Below the pieces are notes generated by a model. The model was not told the origin of the DNA and ran no database searches. It was given only the letters and a program-made list of their open reading frames with translations. From Deltaproteobacteria bacterium TL4 (lineage in GTDB: Bacteria > SAR324 > NAC60-12), in the NCBI GenBank assembly GCA_051382335.1, contig JBBCAX010000112.1, positions 1 to 37,484 on the forward strand: a DNA stretch of 37,484 nucleotides. Reading direction: 5' to 3'. Positions 28,741 through 37,484 of the stretch are shown here, in pieces. Position 1 is the stretch's first letter. Every line of letters begins with the position of its first letter. A program made the translations under genes and the position numbers.

Positions 28741-29373
28741 TTATGAGACCTCAACCTTCCATTGAAGAAAATCATTGAGGATTTGGTTGCCTAAGGGGGT
28801 TAAAATGGATTCGGGATGAAATTGTATTCCCAACAATGGATAGTGCTCATGCCGAACCGCCATGAGTTCTTTCTGTTCCGTCCAGGCCAATGGCAGCAGA
28901 CATGGCGGTAATGACGGCCAATCAACAATCAGAGAATGATACCTCATTGCTGGAAAAGGATTAGGCAGTTTTTCAAAGGGAAATACTTGAGGGTGATAAA
29001 TCAGGGACGTTTTTCCATGAAGTATTTGAGCGGCAGGGATGATCCTCCCACCAAAGACCTCAGCGATACATTGATGTCCTAAACAAACGCCCAGAATCGG
29101 CAACTCTCCGCAATAACGCTTTATCAACGCCTTGGAGATCCCTGCTGTTTGGGGGGATCCCGGTCCTGGAGAAACACATAAATGGGTCGGAGTCAAAGTC
29201 TGAAGCGCTTCAACAGAAATTTGATCATTCAAAACCACACTCACACGGGAGCCAAGTTCTCCAAACACCTGAACCAGATTATAAGTAAAAGAGTCATAAT
29301 TATCGATAATCACAACATGTCGCTTCGGGTGCGCAAAGATTTCGTGGGAACTGCTGTTGAGGAGAGCTTTCAT
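28741..29373 (-). CDS. Aminodeoxychorismate/anthranilate synthase component II (glutamine amidotransferase, TrpG/PabA)
   Basis: IDNYDSFTYNL, SPGPG, GVCLGHQ, RYHSL, QFHPES. Confidence 0.95.
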   Translation of the reverse strand: MKALLNSSSHEIFAHPKRHVVIIDNYDSFTYNLVQVFGELGSRVSVVLNDQISVEALQTLTPTHLCVSPGPGSPQTAGISKALIKRYCGELPILGVCLGHQCIAEVFGGRIIPAAQILHGKTSLIYHPQVFPFEKLPNPFPAMRYHSLIVDWPSLPPCLLPLAWTEQKELMAVRHEHYPLLGIQFHPESILTPLGNQILNDFLQWKVEVS

Positions 29374-29511
29374 TGCGTTTTATGGAAATTAAGTTTCGCC
29401 TTGAACCATTTGTATCTTCATTATATACCCTAAACAAAAATTGTTTTCTATGCCAATTGTAACCTTTTTTTCAGTGTGGAGTAGAAGCGTCTTGAAGACT
29501 TCAGAACATTA

Positions 29512-30792
29512 ATGAAATCGTGGAAAAAAAGAAGTCGAAGTTCAAAAGAGGGATCTTGGGACTGGATCTATTTAGTTGCTTCTGCAGGCGCTTTTTTAGG
29601 AGGGTTGTTTGTGATCGTTTATGTTGCCTTTGCTACAGAGGCAATTAGCGGCAAAGAAAATATACAGGCCAACTTGTGGCGGACTGATTATTGGAAAGCA
29701 CCTGTTCCGGTACAAGGTCCCATCCCTCAAACGCTCCACCCTCTGGCTCAAAAACTGAAGGCGAAAGATTGTGGCAACTGCCATTTGGATAGATATCAGG
29801 AATGGTCTCAATCGTTGCACCGTCATTCCATGGGACCAGGCGTTGCGGGGCAATATCCTGAATATCCGGCGCAACAAATTGCGGGGTGTAACGTCTGCCA
29901 TGCTCCGATGAGTGAACAATGGTCGGAATTGAAGGTTGAAGGACAGTGGGCGAAAAACCAGGACTTTGATCCATCGTTAGAACAGGAAGGTGTGACTTGT
30001 AGTGCCTGTCATCTCAGGAAGCACCAACGAAACGGACCTCCGCTGCGTGAAGGGAGAGAAGCTCTTTCACAGGCGTTGCATGGGGAACCGCAGCGGACCC
30101 CCTTTTTCGAAGCGTCAGAGTTTTGTAGAGGGTGCCATCAGCATGAAGCCCAGACCTTAAAAATTGGCGGAAATACCATCGAAAATACTTACGGGGAATG
30201 GTTGCAAAGCCCTGCTTATACACAAGGGAAGACGTGTCAGTCTTGTCACATGCCTGATCGTAAACACCTTTGGAAAGGCATTCACGATAAAGCCATGACA
30301 GCGTCGGGGGTTCAGATTGATTATAAAATCAACACTGAATTTCCAAAGACTGGCGATTCGTTTGCGGCAACACTCACGTTGACAAATACAGGAACAGGAC
30401 ATTACTTCCCAACCTATACAACACCCGCTGTTTTTCTGAAAGCAACCTTTCTGAATGTGGATGGAAAAGCGATTCCGAAGTATTTTGAAGAAAAAGTTAT
30501 TCAACGCAGTTTAAATATGTCCACTCAGCCGTGGACTGAATATTTTGATACGCGTCTGGCTCCTGGAGAGTCAGTAACTCTTGAGTTTGAACGAACAATT
30601 CCTCAAGAAGCAACCCGATTCAAACTTTGGATATGGGTGATTCCTGATCATTTTTACGAAGGATTTTACAGAAACATCCTCCAAAAAAATCCGAATCATC
30701 AAGGAATCGCTCAGTTGAAACAAGCGCTGGATGACGCTGTTCATCGGCAGTATGCGTTATTCGCGAAAACTTTAACAATAACCCCTCCCTAG
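29512..30792 (+). CDS. Membrane-anchored pentaheme c-type cytochrome
   Basis: Five CxxCH motifs (CGNCH, CNVCH, CSACH, CRGCH, CQSCH); N-terminal TM segment; N.GTGH.FPT beta-rich C-domain. Confidence 0.88.
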   Translation: MKSWKKRSRSSKEGSWDWIYLVASAGAFLGGLFVIVYVAFATEAISGKENIQANLWRTDYWKAPVPVQGPIPQTLHPLAQKLKAKDCGNCHLDRYQEWSQSLHRHSMGPGVAGQYPEYPAQQIAGCNVCHAPMSEQWSELKVEGQWAKNQDFDPSLEQEGVTCSACHLRKHQRNGPPLREGREALSQALHGEPQRTPFFEASEFCRGCHQHEAQTLKIGGNTIENTYGEWLQSPAYTQGKTCQSCHMPDRKHLWKGIHDKAMTASGVQIDYKINTEFPKTGDSFAATLTLTNTGTGHYFPTYTTPAVFLKATFLNVDGKAIPKYFEEKVIQRSLNMSTQPWTEYFDTRLAPGESVTLEFERTIPQEATRFKLWIWVIPDHFYEGFYRNILQKNPNHQGIAQLKQALDDAVHRQYALFAKTLTITPP

Positions 30793-30800
30793 ATTCATCT

Positions 30801-31433
30801 ATGGAACCCGCAAGCACGAGAATGATTATGTCAAAGCGATCGGTTCAAATAAAAGGGAAACCGCAGATTTCGAAGATTTTGATCAAAAAATACTCGAATC
30901 GACGGTTATACGATGTGACTCACAGTCAGTATCTAACCTTGGATGAGCTGGTCGAATTAATTAAAGCTGGATGTGAAGTTCAAGTGACTGATTCCAAAAC
31001 CAAGCAGGACATTACTCAAAGTGTATTGACTCAAGTGTTTTTGGAACACAAGGGCTCCTACTTGTTTTCTACCTCGTTTTTACATCAGATGATTCGGAAT
31101 CAGGATGGCATCCTGGGTGAATTCTTTACCGATGTTGTTCCCAAATTCCTTGAATCTTATCTGGAAATGAGAGATAGCATCAAGCGTCAAATTTCCTCGC
31201 TCACGGCTCCTATCATTGCTCCCCAAAACTGGCTGTCTTCAACTAAAAAAGATTTAAAGAAAAACCTGCTGACTCCTTTCCACTCCCTGCTTGAAGATGG
31301 TGCCGATAAGTTTACGAGTGACACCAACGAAGCCTTTCTGGAAACTCCGCCTAAACTTTCACGTGATGATGTTGTGATTTTGAAGGAAAAAATAAAAGAA
31401 CTGGAAGATCGCCTCGACGAATTAGGAAATTAA
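30801..31433 (+). CDS. phaR: Polyhydroxyalkanoate synthesis regulator PhaR family
   Basis: IKKYSNRRLYD...S.YLTL..L...I..G..V.V.D.KT..DIT..VLTQ is the PHB accumulation regulator DNA-binding domain. Confidence 0.85.
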   Translation: MEPASTRMIMSKRSVQIKGKPQISKILIKKYSNRRLYDVTHSQYLTLDELVELIKAGCEVQVTDSKTKQDITQSVLTQVFLEHKGSYLFSTSFLHQMIRNQDGILGEFFTDVVPKFLESYLEMRDSIKRQISSLTAPIIAPQNWLSSTKKDLKKNLLTPFHSLLEDGADKFTSDTNEAFLETPPKLSRDDVVILKEKIKELEDRLDELGN

Positions 31434-31755
31434 AGAAGGCGATTTAAATAATAACCCAGAGTCGCAAAGGACACAGAAAAATAAAATAATCCTCTCTGTG
31501 TATCTCTGCGTTAAAAGAAAAAGCTGCCTCATTCTTGTTCTGCACGAATTTCTCCCCTATCCACACGGAATCTTTCCCCATGCCCCATGGAATCCAAGAA
31601 GTAAAACAGGAACCATTTAAGAACGCTGACTGACCCTTGTTTTCATCATCCCACCAATGAGGCCTATGACTGGTGATGGCTTTGGGCGAGACTGACGCTT
31701 GTGGATGGCTGTTTCTTCATTTCCAGTGTTTTAGGAATACCGAGTTTCTGTTTTG

Positions 31756-32631
31756 TTACATTTTGCGTTTTGAATCATCTTTGGAATGAGTCCATTCGAT
31801 GATCAGATTGGTGAGGATGTGGTTTATTTTTATTAAGGTCTCATAGAGACGACTCTTTGCCTTATCATGCGTTTCTTTAATTTTCTGAATCGGGATATCG
31901 AAAGCATCGACTCGACCAGCAAGCTCAAAAGAGACTTGGGAAATCAGGTTGTGGGCCTGTTCTGTAGAATTGACGCCCTTATCAATCATCTGTTGTACTT
32001 TTTGGGCTAATATATTCAATTTTCTCAAGCGTTCGCTCTCTATCGGGGCGGCAGGCAGCAATTCCTTGAATTGCCGGGTTTCCTTGAGTTGTTCGGAAAG
32101 GGCATGATCCCCCAGCCGTTTTTTACTACTATTGGCCTTCGTGGCAGCGGTTGCTTGAGTCGCTGTCGAGGGTTGCGCTGTTTCTTTTTTGGTGCTGGCA
32201 AGGATTCTTTCTGTTTTGTTCAGTGGCTCCGAAGACGGTCTTGTGTGGGGAGGACTGTTCAATTCTGGAGTTGCTGGAGTTTCTTTAACCTCGTTCAAGG
32301 CGACTTTTCCTTGAACTTGAGACACTTCAAGGATCTTCAAGGTGCTTTTACGAGCATCAAAAACGAAGTACCATTCGCTTGAGTCCAGCGAAACCCTGAT
32401 ATTCTCGCCCTTCCTTATCAAATCATAAGCCTTCCCCTTGGTGACTAAAGTCACCTGTTTTTCAACACCATAATCCTTCTCCCAACCGGAGTCGGCAACT
32501 TTACATTCATGAGTGCCCTTCGGTAATGAGACTCTCAGTCGGTAGGTTTCGTCCACCATAGGTAAAAATTTAAAGACGGATTGCGCTTGCCAGTCATTAA
32601 ATGTTCCTCTTAAATATAATTCATCCTGCAT
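31756..32631 (-). CDS. Hypothetical protein with N-terminal starch/glycogen-binding-like module and helical C-terminus
   Basis: LYLRGTFNDW...KVAD..W..DYG resembles pullulanase/amylase-associated modules; P/T/A-rich linker; no signal peptide. Confidence 0.6.
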   Translation of the reverse strand: MQDELYLRGTFNDWQAQSVFKFLPMVDETYRLRVSLPKGTHECKVADSGWEKDYGVEKQVTLVTKGKAYDLIRKGENIRVSLDSSEWYFVFDARKSTLKILEVSQVQGKVALNEVKETPATPELNSPPHTRPSSEPLNKTERILASTKKETAQPSTATQATAATKANSSKKRLGDHALSEQLKETRQFKELLPAAPIESERLRKLNILAQKVQQMIDKGVNSTEQAHNLISQVSFELAGRVDAFDIPIQKIKETHDKAKSRLYETLIKINHILTNLIIEWTHSKDDSKRKM

Positions 32632-32649
32632 GAGTTTTATCTCGCTCTA

Positions 32650-32659
32650 GGGGGGGGGG
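32650..32659. repeat. G10 homopolymer
   Basis: 10 consecutive G, 18 nt upstream of the 32631 start codon. Confidence 0.85.
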
Positions 32660-32959
32660 TGATTCACATTAATGTTCTTTTGAAGAATTAAAACAAATTG
32701 GGTACTTCTCCCACAAACAGGAGGTCAATTTCGAGTCAAAAATTGAAAGTTTTTCAGTTAGCGTCAAAAAGTCAGATTTTTTGAAAATATTTATGGATTT
32801 GACATAGGAGGCTCAAAATGCTAAACACGCCCACTGTTACTTCTTCCGCTTAAGAAACTTAAAGAATGTCTTCTCGCTTTTGTCTACAGCATAAAAACAT
32901 CCAGTGTGTCATCGTGTACTCGCCCGTCGCTCATTTTTAGCTATCTTCGAAAGGAAAAA

Positions 32960-35900
32960 ATGCCGTTTCATTCACATATTCTGGGAATTGACATAGGTTC
33001 TGTATCCGTTGCTGTGGTGGAAATCGATGCTAACAAAGAGGTGCTTCATTCCGCTTACCTTTTTCACCATGGAAGTCTCCTGGAAACCGTTACGAAACTA
33101 TTGAGCGATTTTGATCTGACCCGGATTTCGGCGATTGCGTCAACGTCTTCAACACCTTCGAGCATTCAAGCTAAAAAGAAATATGATAACCAAATTGCAA
33201 TCATTACCGCCGCAAAACATTTTCATGAAAAAACAGGTTCCATTCTTGTGGTTGGAGGTGAAAAATTTGGACTCATTCTTTTTGATGAAAAGGGAAATTA
33301 TCTCAATAACAAAACAAACACCTCCTGCGCCGCGGGGACAGGCAGTTTTTTGGATCAACAGGTTGGCAGGCTGAATCTGAGCGGCATTGAGGAACTGAGT
33401 AACCTGGCGATGAACAGTCATGGAGAAATTCCAAAGATTGCTTCACGATGCGCTGTCTTCGCCAAAACCGATCTCATTCATGCTCAGCAGGAAGGCTATA
33501 CCTTAGGTCAGATTAGTGATGGCTTATGTTATGGGCTGGCCAAAAATATTGTGGATACGCTCTTCAAGGGCATCAAACCCAATACCCCCCTCTTGTTTTG
33601 CGGCGGGGGTTCCAAAAAAAAAGCGGGCGTCAAACACCTTAGTGCCTTGATAGGAAATGAGCTCATGGTTGACGAAAACTCTCATCTGTATGGGGCGATA
33701 GGGGCGGCGTTAAACTTGATCGCAGAAGGGTTTCAGGAAGAAGGCCTTAAAATCAATTCCATCGCCGAGATCATCCTGAAAAAGAAGAAGGAAGAAAAAT
33801 TCTATTACGAACCGCTAAAACTGAAACTTTCGAATTATCCTGATTTTATCAGCGTTGAAAAGTATGAGTACCCTTTTAAAAGAGCCAGAATTTCCAATTT
33901 AGTGGAAGTCGATCTCTATGAAAAATTTAAACCTTTCGATACCATTGAAGGTTATTTAGGGCTCGATATCGGTTCAACCAGCACAAAGGCCGTTATTATA
34001 GATCGGGATCATACCGTCTTGGCCGGATTCTACACAAGGACCAGTGGACGTCCCGTGGAGGCAATTCAGGCGATATTTGAAGCGATTGATGATTTTATTA
34101 AAACGAAACAGTTGGAACTCCAGATTATTGGAACAGGGACCACCGGTTCCGGCAGAAAATTTATTGGAAAGATCATTGGCGCTGATCTTGTTATTAACGA
34201 AATCACAGCCCATGCCAGAGCCGCTTATGCGCTCAACCCGGAGGTGGATACAATTATTGAGATTGGAGGTCAGGATTCCAAGTTTACAACCTTGAAAAAG
34301 GGGATGGTCACCTCTTCCACAATGAACAATGTTTGTGCCGCGGGAACCGGAAGCTTTATTGAAGAACAGGCTCAAAAACTGGGCTGTTCCCTTGCCGATT
34401 ATTCACGAAGAACGGAAAGCAGGAAAGCTCCCATGTCCAGTGACCGATGTACCGTGTTTATGGAAAGAGACCTCAACCACTATTTGAGTGAAGGCTATTC
34501 CATTGATGAAGTCCTGGCTTCGGTACTGCATTCGGTCAGGGAAAACTACCTTAGCAAAGTCGCGACGGAGGCGAACATTGGAAATACCGTACTCTTTCAA
34601 GGCGCGACCGCGAAGAATAAAGCACTGGTTGCCGCCTTTGAACAACGTCTGGGAAAACCCATTCTTGTTTCCAAATACTGTCATTTGACCGGTGCCTTGG
34701 GCACAGCGCTGACGCTTTCAGATGAACGGGTTTTTTCGACAACGTTCAAAGGCCTGGAGCTGTACAAACAAGAAATTCCGATTCGCTCGGAAGTCTGTGA
34801 ACTGTGTACCAATCATTGCAAAATCGCCATTGCCGATCTTGGTTCAGAGAGTGTCGCGTTCGGATTTCTCTGTGGCAGAGACTATGAAACGAAAAAATAT
34901 GTCAACAAAAACACTTCAGGTTTCGACCTGATTAAAGAACGAAAAAAAGCGGTTTTCTTTTTATCCAAAAAAGAAGCAAAAGAAAATATCACCATCGGAA
35001 TTCCAGCAGGCCTTTATTTGTTTGAGGATCTGCCTTTCTGGAGGAATTTTTTTGATTTGCTTTCGATCAAAACAATTACGAGTGAGAATTATAAGCATGT
35101 GGTTAAGGAAGGAAAGTCAATAGCTGGCGCGGAATTCTGCGCGCCCATGATGGCCATGTATGGTCATGTGAAATTCCTGTTGGACAAAGCCGACTACATC
35201 TTCCTTCCTTATTATCTTGAAAATAAGGAAAAGGAAAAGGGCATCAGAAGACAATACTGTTATTACACGCAGTTCATGCCTTCCCTGGTCTCTGGTATCG
35301 CTGATCGTGAGCATTCACGGTTTCTAATGCCAACGGTCAAGTATTTGTATAATGTTTACTATACCAAGGTTCAGCTTTATAAAATGCTTAAATCCATTTC
35401 AGAAGATGTCAACCTTTTTGAAGTGTCTTCCGCCTATGACAAAGCGCTTGAAAGCAAAAATGCCTGTAGTACCAAGATCAAAAATAGCTATGCTTCCGAA
35501 TTATCCAAAGCCAATGATATCTGTGTGATGTTTGTTGGCAGACCGTATAGTGTTCTTTCCTCCTCGATGAATAACAAAATCCCTGACATCTTCGCGGCCT
35601 TGGGCATTAAAACTTTTTTTCAAGACATGCTTTCCTACTCCAAAGATGAGGTTGCGCTCATTAAACCCCTGCTGGATGAATTACACTGGGAATACGCTTC
35701 AAAAATTTTGGAGGTTTCTGAAGTTATTGCCAAAACCGAAAGAGTCTATCCAGTTTTGATCACCTCTTTTAAATGTTCGCCTGATTCCTTCATTACCGAA
35801 TATTTTAAAGACCTGATGGATTCGCATGAAAAACCCTATCTCATCCTTCAACTTGATGAACATGATTCCAGTGTCGGTTATGAGACGCGAATTGAAGCCG

Positions 35901-37162
35901 CTATTCGATCCTTCAGAAATCATGATTCCCTAAAGAAGACCCTTCAATCACAGGGTTCTCCCATTATTAAACCGGAAGTGGAAAAAAAATTAGTTGGAAA
36001 AACCATTGTGCTTCCTAACTGGGATAGCATCACCTGCAATTTTTTGGTTGCCAATCTGAAAAGGGAAGGCTTCGAGGCGAGATTGCTGGAGGAAACCGAA
36101 TCTTCCATTAAGAAGAGCCTTAAATATAACACCGGACAGTGTATCCCTCTCAATATTATTGCTCAGGAATATATCGAATGTATTGAAAAAAACAAACTTG
36201 ACCCTGAAAAAACGGTTCTGTTTTTAAATGATTCTGAGATTTCCTGCAATATCAGGCTTTATCCCTATCACATACAAAGGATCTTGCGTTTATATGGGAA
36301 GGGATTTGAAAAAGCAGCCGTCTATTCGGGTGAATTGAGCTTTGTCGGTATTTCGCTAAAAGCGGCAATGAATGCCTATTTTGCCTATATGTTCGGCGGC
36401 TTATTAAGAAAAATGGCCTGTAAAATCAGGCCTTATGAAACAGAAAAAGGGACAACCGACAAAGTCTTGCAAAAGAGTATCAAGATCTTGTCAGAAGCCT
36501 TCCTTGATAAACGAACCAAAGAGGATGCGGTTGCTCAGGTGGTTGCTCAGTTTGAGTGGATTGACACGAAAGAGGCAAAAAGACCCAAAGTCGCGCTATT
36601 TGGAGATCTCTACGTCCGTGATAATGAAGTGATGAATCAAGACCTCATCCATTTTATTGAGGAAAATGGAGGTGAGGTCATTACGACGCCCTTTAATGAC
36701 TATGCCAAAATTGTCGCGGGTTCCTATTTCCGGAAGTGGTTTATTGAGGGAAAATATTTTGATATGCTTTCCTCAAAAACGATCATGGCCACCATGAATC
36801 AGTTGGAAAAAACCTACAATAAATATTTTGAAAGGATTCTGGGAGAACTGGATTTCAAATATGACGAACTGCCTGAAAAAATATTGGCGGAATATAACAT
36901 GACGGTCGATCAGACAGGGGAATCCACGGACAACATCTTGAAAATTTTCTATATCAAAAAACAATATCCGGACGTCTCCTTGTTCATCCAGCTAAGCCCT
37001 TCTTTCTGCTGTCCCTCCTTGATCACAGAAGCCATGTCCAAAGAAATCGAAAAAAACACCGGAGTCCCTGTCGTCTCTGTGACTTATGACGGAACCGGTG
37101 GCAACAAAAACGAGGTCATTATTCCCTATCTCAAATATCCCAAGGCACACGTCGTAGTCTAA
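32960..37162 (+). CDS. Acyl-CoA dehydratase activase-like protein (two BadF/BcrAD ATPase domains plus DUF2229-type region)
   Basis: GIDIGSVS and GLDIGSTSTK, CAAGTGSF twice, RCAVF/RCTVF, EIGGQDSK, DEH....G.ETR.EA; SD AAGGA before ATG 32960. Confidence 0.9.
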   Translation: MPFHSHILGIDIGSVSVAVVEIDANKEVLHSAYLFHHGSLLETVTKLLSDFDLTRISAIASTSSTPSSIQAKKKYDNQIAIITAAKHFHEKTGSILVVGGEKFGLILFDEKGNYLNNKTNTSCAAGTGSFLDQQVGRLNLSGIEELSNLAMNSHGEIPKIASRCAVFAKTDLIHAQQEGYTLGQISDGLCYGLAKNIVDTLFKGIKPNTPLLFCGGGSKKKAGVKHLSALIGNELMVDENSHLYGAIGAALNLIAEGFQEEGLKINSIAEIILKKKKEEKFYYEPLKLKLSNYPDFISVEKYEYPFKRARISNLVEVDLYEKFKPFDTIEGYLGLDIGSTSTKAVIIDRDHTVLAGFYTRTSGRPVEAIQAIFEAIDDFIKTKQLELQIIGTGTTGSGRKFIGKIIGADLVINEITAHARAAYALNPEVDTIIEIGGQDSKFTTLKKGMVTSSTMNNVCAAGTGSFIEEQAQKLGCSLADYSRRTESRKAPMSSDRCTVFMERDLNHYLSEGYSIDEVLASVLHSVRENYLSKVATEANIGNTVLFQGATAKNKALVAAFEQRLGKPILVSKYCHLTGALGTALTLSDERVFSTTFKGLELYKQEIPIRSEVCELCTNHCKIAIADLGSESVAFGFLCGRDYETKKYVNKNTSGFDLIKERKKAVFFLSKKEAKENITIGIPAGLYLFEDLPFWRNFFDLLSIKTITSENYKHVVKEGKSIAGAEFCAPMMAMYGHVKFLLDKADYIFLPYYLENKEKEKGIRRQYCYYTQFMPSLVSGIADREHSRFLMPTVKYLYNVYYTKVQLYKMLKSISEDVNLFEVSSAYDKALESKNACSTKIKNSYASELSKANDICVMFVGRPYSVLSSSMNNKIPDIFAALGIKTFFQDMLSYSKDEVALIKPLLDELHWEYASKILEVSEVIAKTERVYPVLITSFKCSPDSFITEYFKDLMDSHEKPYLILQLDEHDSSVGYETRIEAAIRSFRNHDSLKKTLQSQGSPIIKPEVEKKLVGKTIVLPNWDSITCNFLVANLKREGFEARLLEETESSIKKSLKYNTGQCIPLNIIAQEYIECIEKNKLDPEKTVLFLNDSEISCNIRLYPYHIQRILRLYGKGFEKAAVYSGELSFVGISLKAAMNAYFAYMFGGLLRKMACKIRPYETEKGTTDKVLQKSIKILSEAFLDKRTKEDAVAQVVAQFEWIDTKEAKRPKVALFGDLYVRDNEVMNQDLIHFIEENGGEVITTPFNDYAKIVAGSYFRKWFIEGKYFDMLSSKTIMATMNQLEKTYNKYFERILGELDFKYDELPEKILAEYNMTVDQTGESTDNILKIFYIKKQYPDVSLFIQLSPSFCCPSLITEAMSKEIEKNTGVPVVSVTYDGTGGNKNEVIIPYLKYPKAHVVV

Positions 37163-37248
37163 ACCAGGCGGAGACAGGACATAAGCAGGGAACTCACTCC
37201 AAACGAAGATATTAGGTGACCTTCCGGTGAAGAAGGGTAGATTGAAGT

Positions 37249-37484
37249 TCAGAGAACCGCCATTCCTTTTTTTCCACAACATTTCTTATATTTTTTCCCA
37301 CTTCCACAAGGGCACAACTCATTGCGTCCGACCTCAGGAAGTAGGATTTGAGAGGTATCTTGAATCGTATTTTGATGCCTTTTCAAGTTTCTCTCTCCGA
37401 CCTCTTTAATTTGATCATAACGGGATTGCGGCATCTCAATAATCTCAGGTTTCCAATATTCTTTTTTCCAGGTGGTCATGACCT
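37249..37484 (-). CDS. SEC-C metal-binding domain protein, C-terminal part (frame is open to the window edge)
   Basis: [20 protein letters not shown]. Confidence 0.8.
   Translation of the reverse strand, partial: VMTTWKKEYWKPEIIEMPQSRYDQIKEVGERNLKRHQNTIQDTSQILLPEVGRNELCPCGSGKKYKKCCGKKGMAVL

Noticed and set aside
31513..31755. C-rich motifs (TTTCTCCCCT) and a startless minus-strand open frame between phaR and the CBM-like gene
   Set aside because: No supporting stems around the motif and no start, SD or homology for the frame.
352..37409. Numerous 60-130 aa ORFs nested in or antisense to the large genes
   Set aside because: Shadow frames of well-supported CDSs with no motifs of their own.

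Overview
Bacterial chromosomal window, AT-leaning, made mostly of core genes. The gene mix (CheZ, FliQ, CcmB, PhaR, tandem ThyX) suggests a delta-proteobacteria-like lineage such as SAR324; this is inference only. In order: the 3' end of hypF, pyrD, htpG-lon-ccmB, a phasin/PhaF-like gene and a small SutA-like gene, then a minus-strand run pyrB / double CDP-alcohol phosphotransferase / ruvB / purF / Trm112-like / fliQ. Next come an ArsS-like radical SAM gene, a long cheZ, tRNA-Cys and tRNA-Leu, and a 5.3 kb kinase-ATPase-GAF-PP2C gene broken by one in-frame TAG. The rest is a protease / 7TM-transglutaminase / ATP-grasp / thyX / HDAC run, trpG/pabA, a pentaheme cytochrome c with phaR, a CBM-like protein, an acyl-CoA dehydratase activase and a partial SEC-C gene. 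No transposase, integrase or CRISPR array was seen. The most interesting unexplained signals are three. (1) A compact locus at 6.8-8.2 kb: palindromic PhaR-like operators, a phasin-like gene, a SutA-like gene and a multi-hairpin RNA with repeated anti-Shine-Dalgarno-like loops. (2) A 166-nt rod-shaped RNA with its own promoter upstream of pyrB. (3) The amber-interrupted signalling protein.
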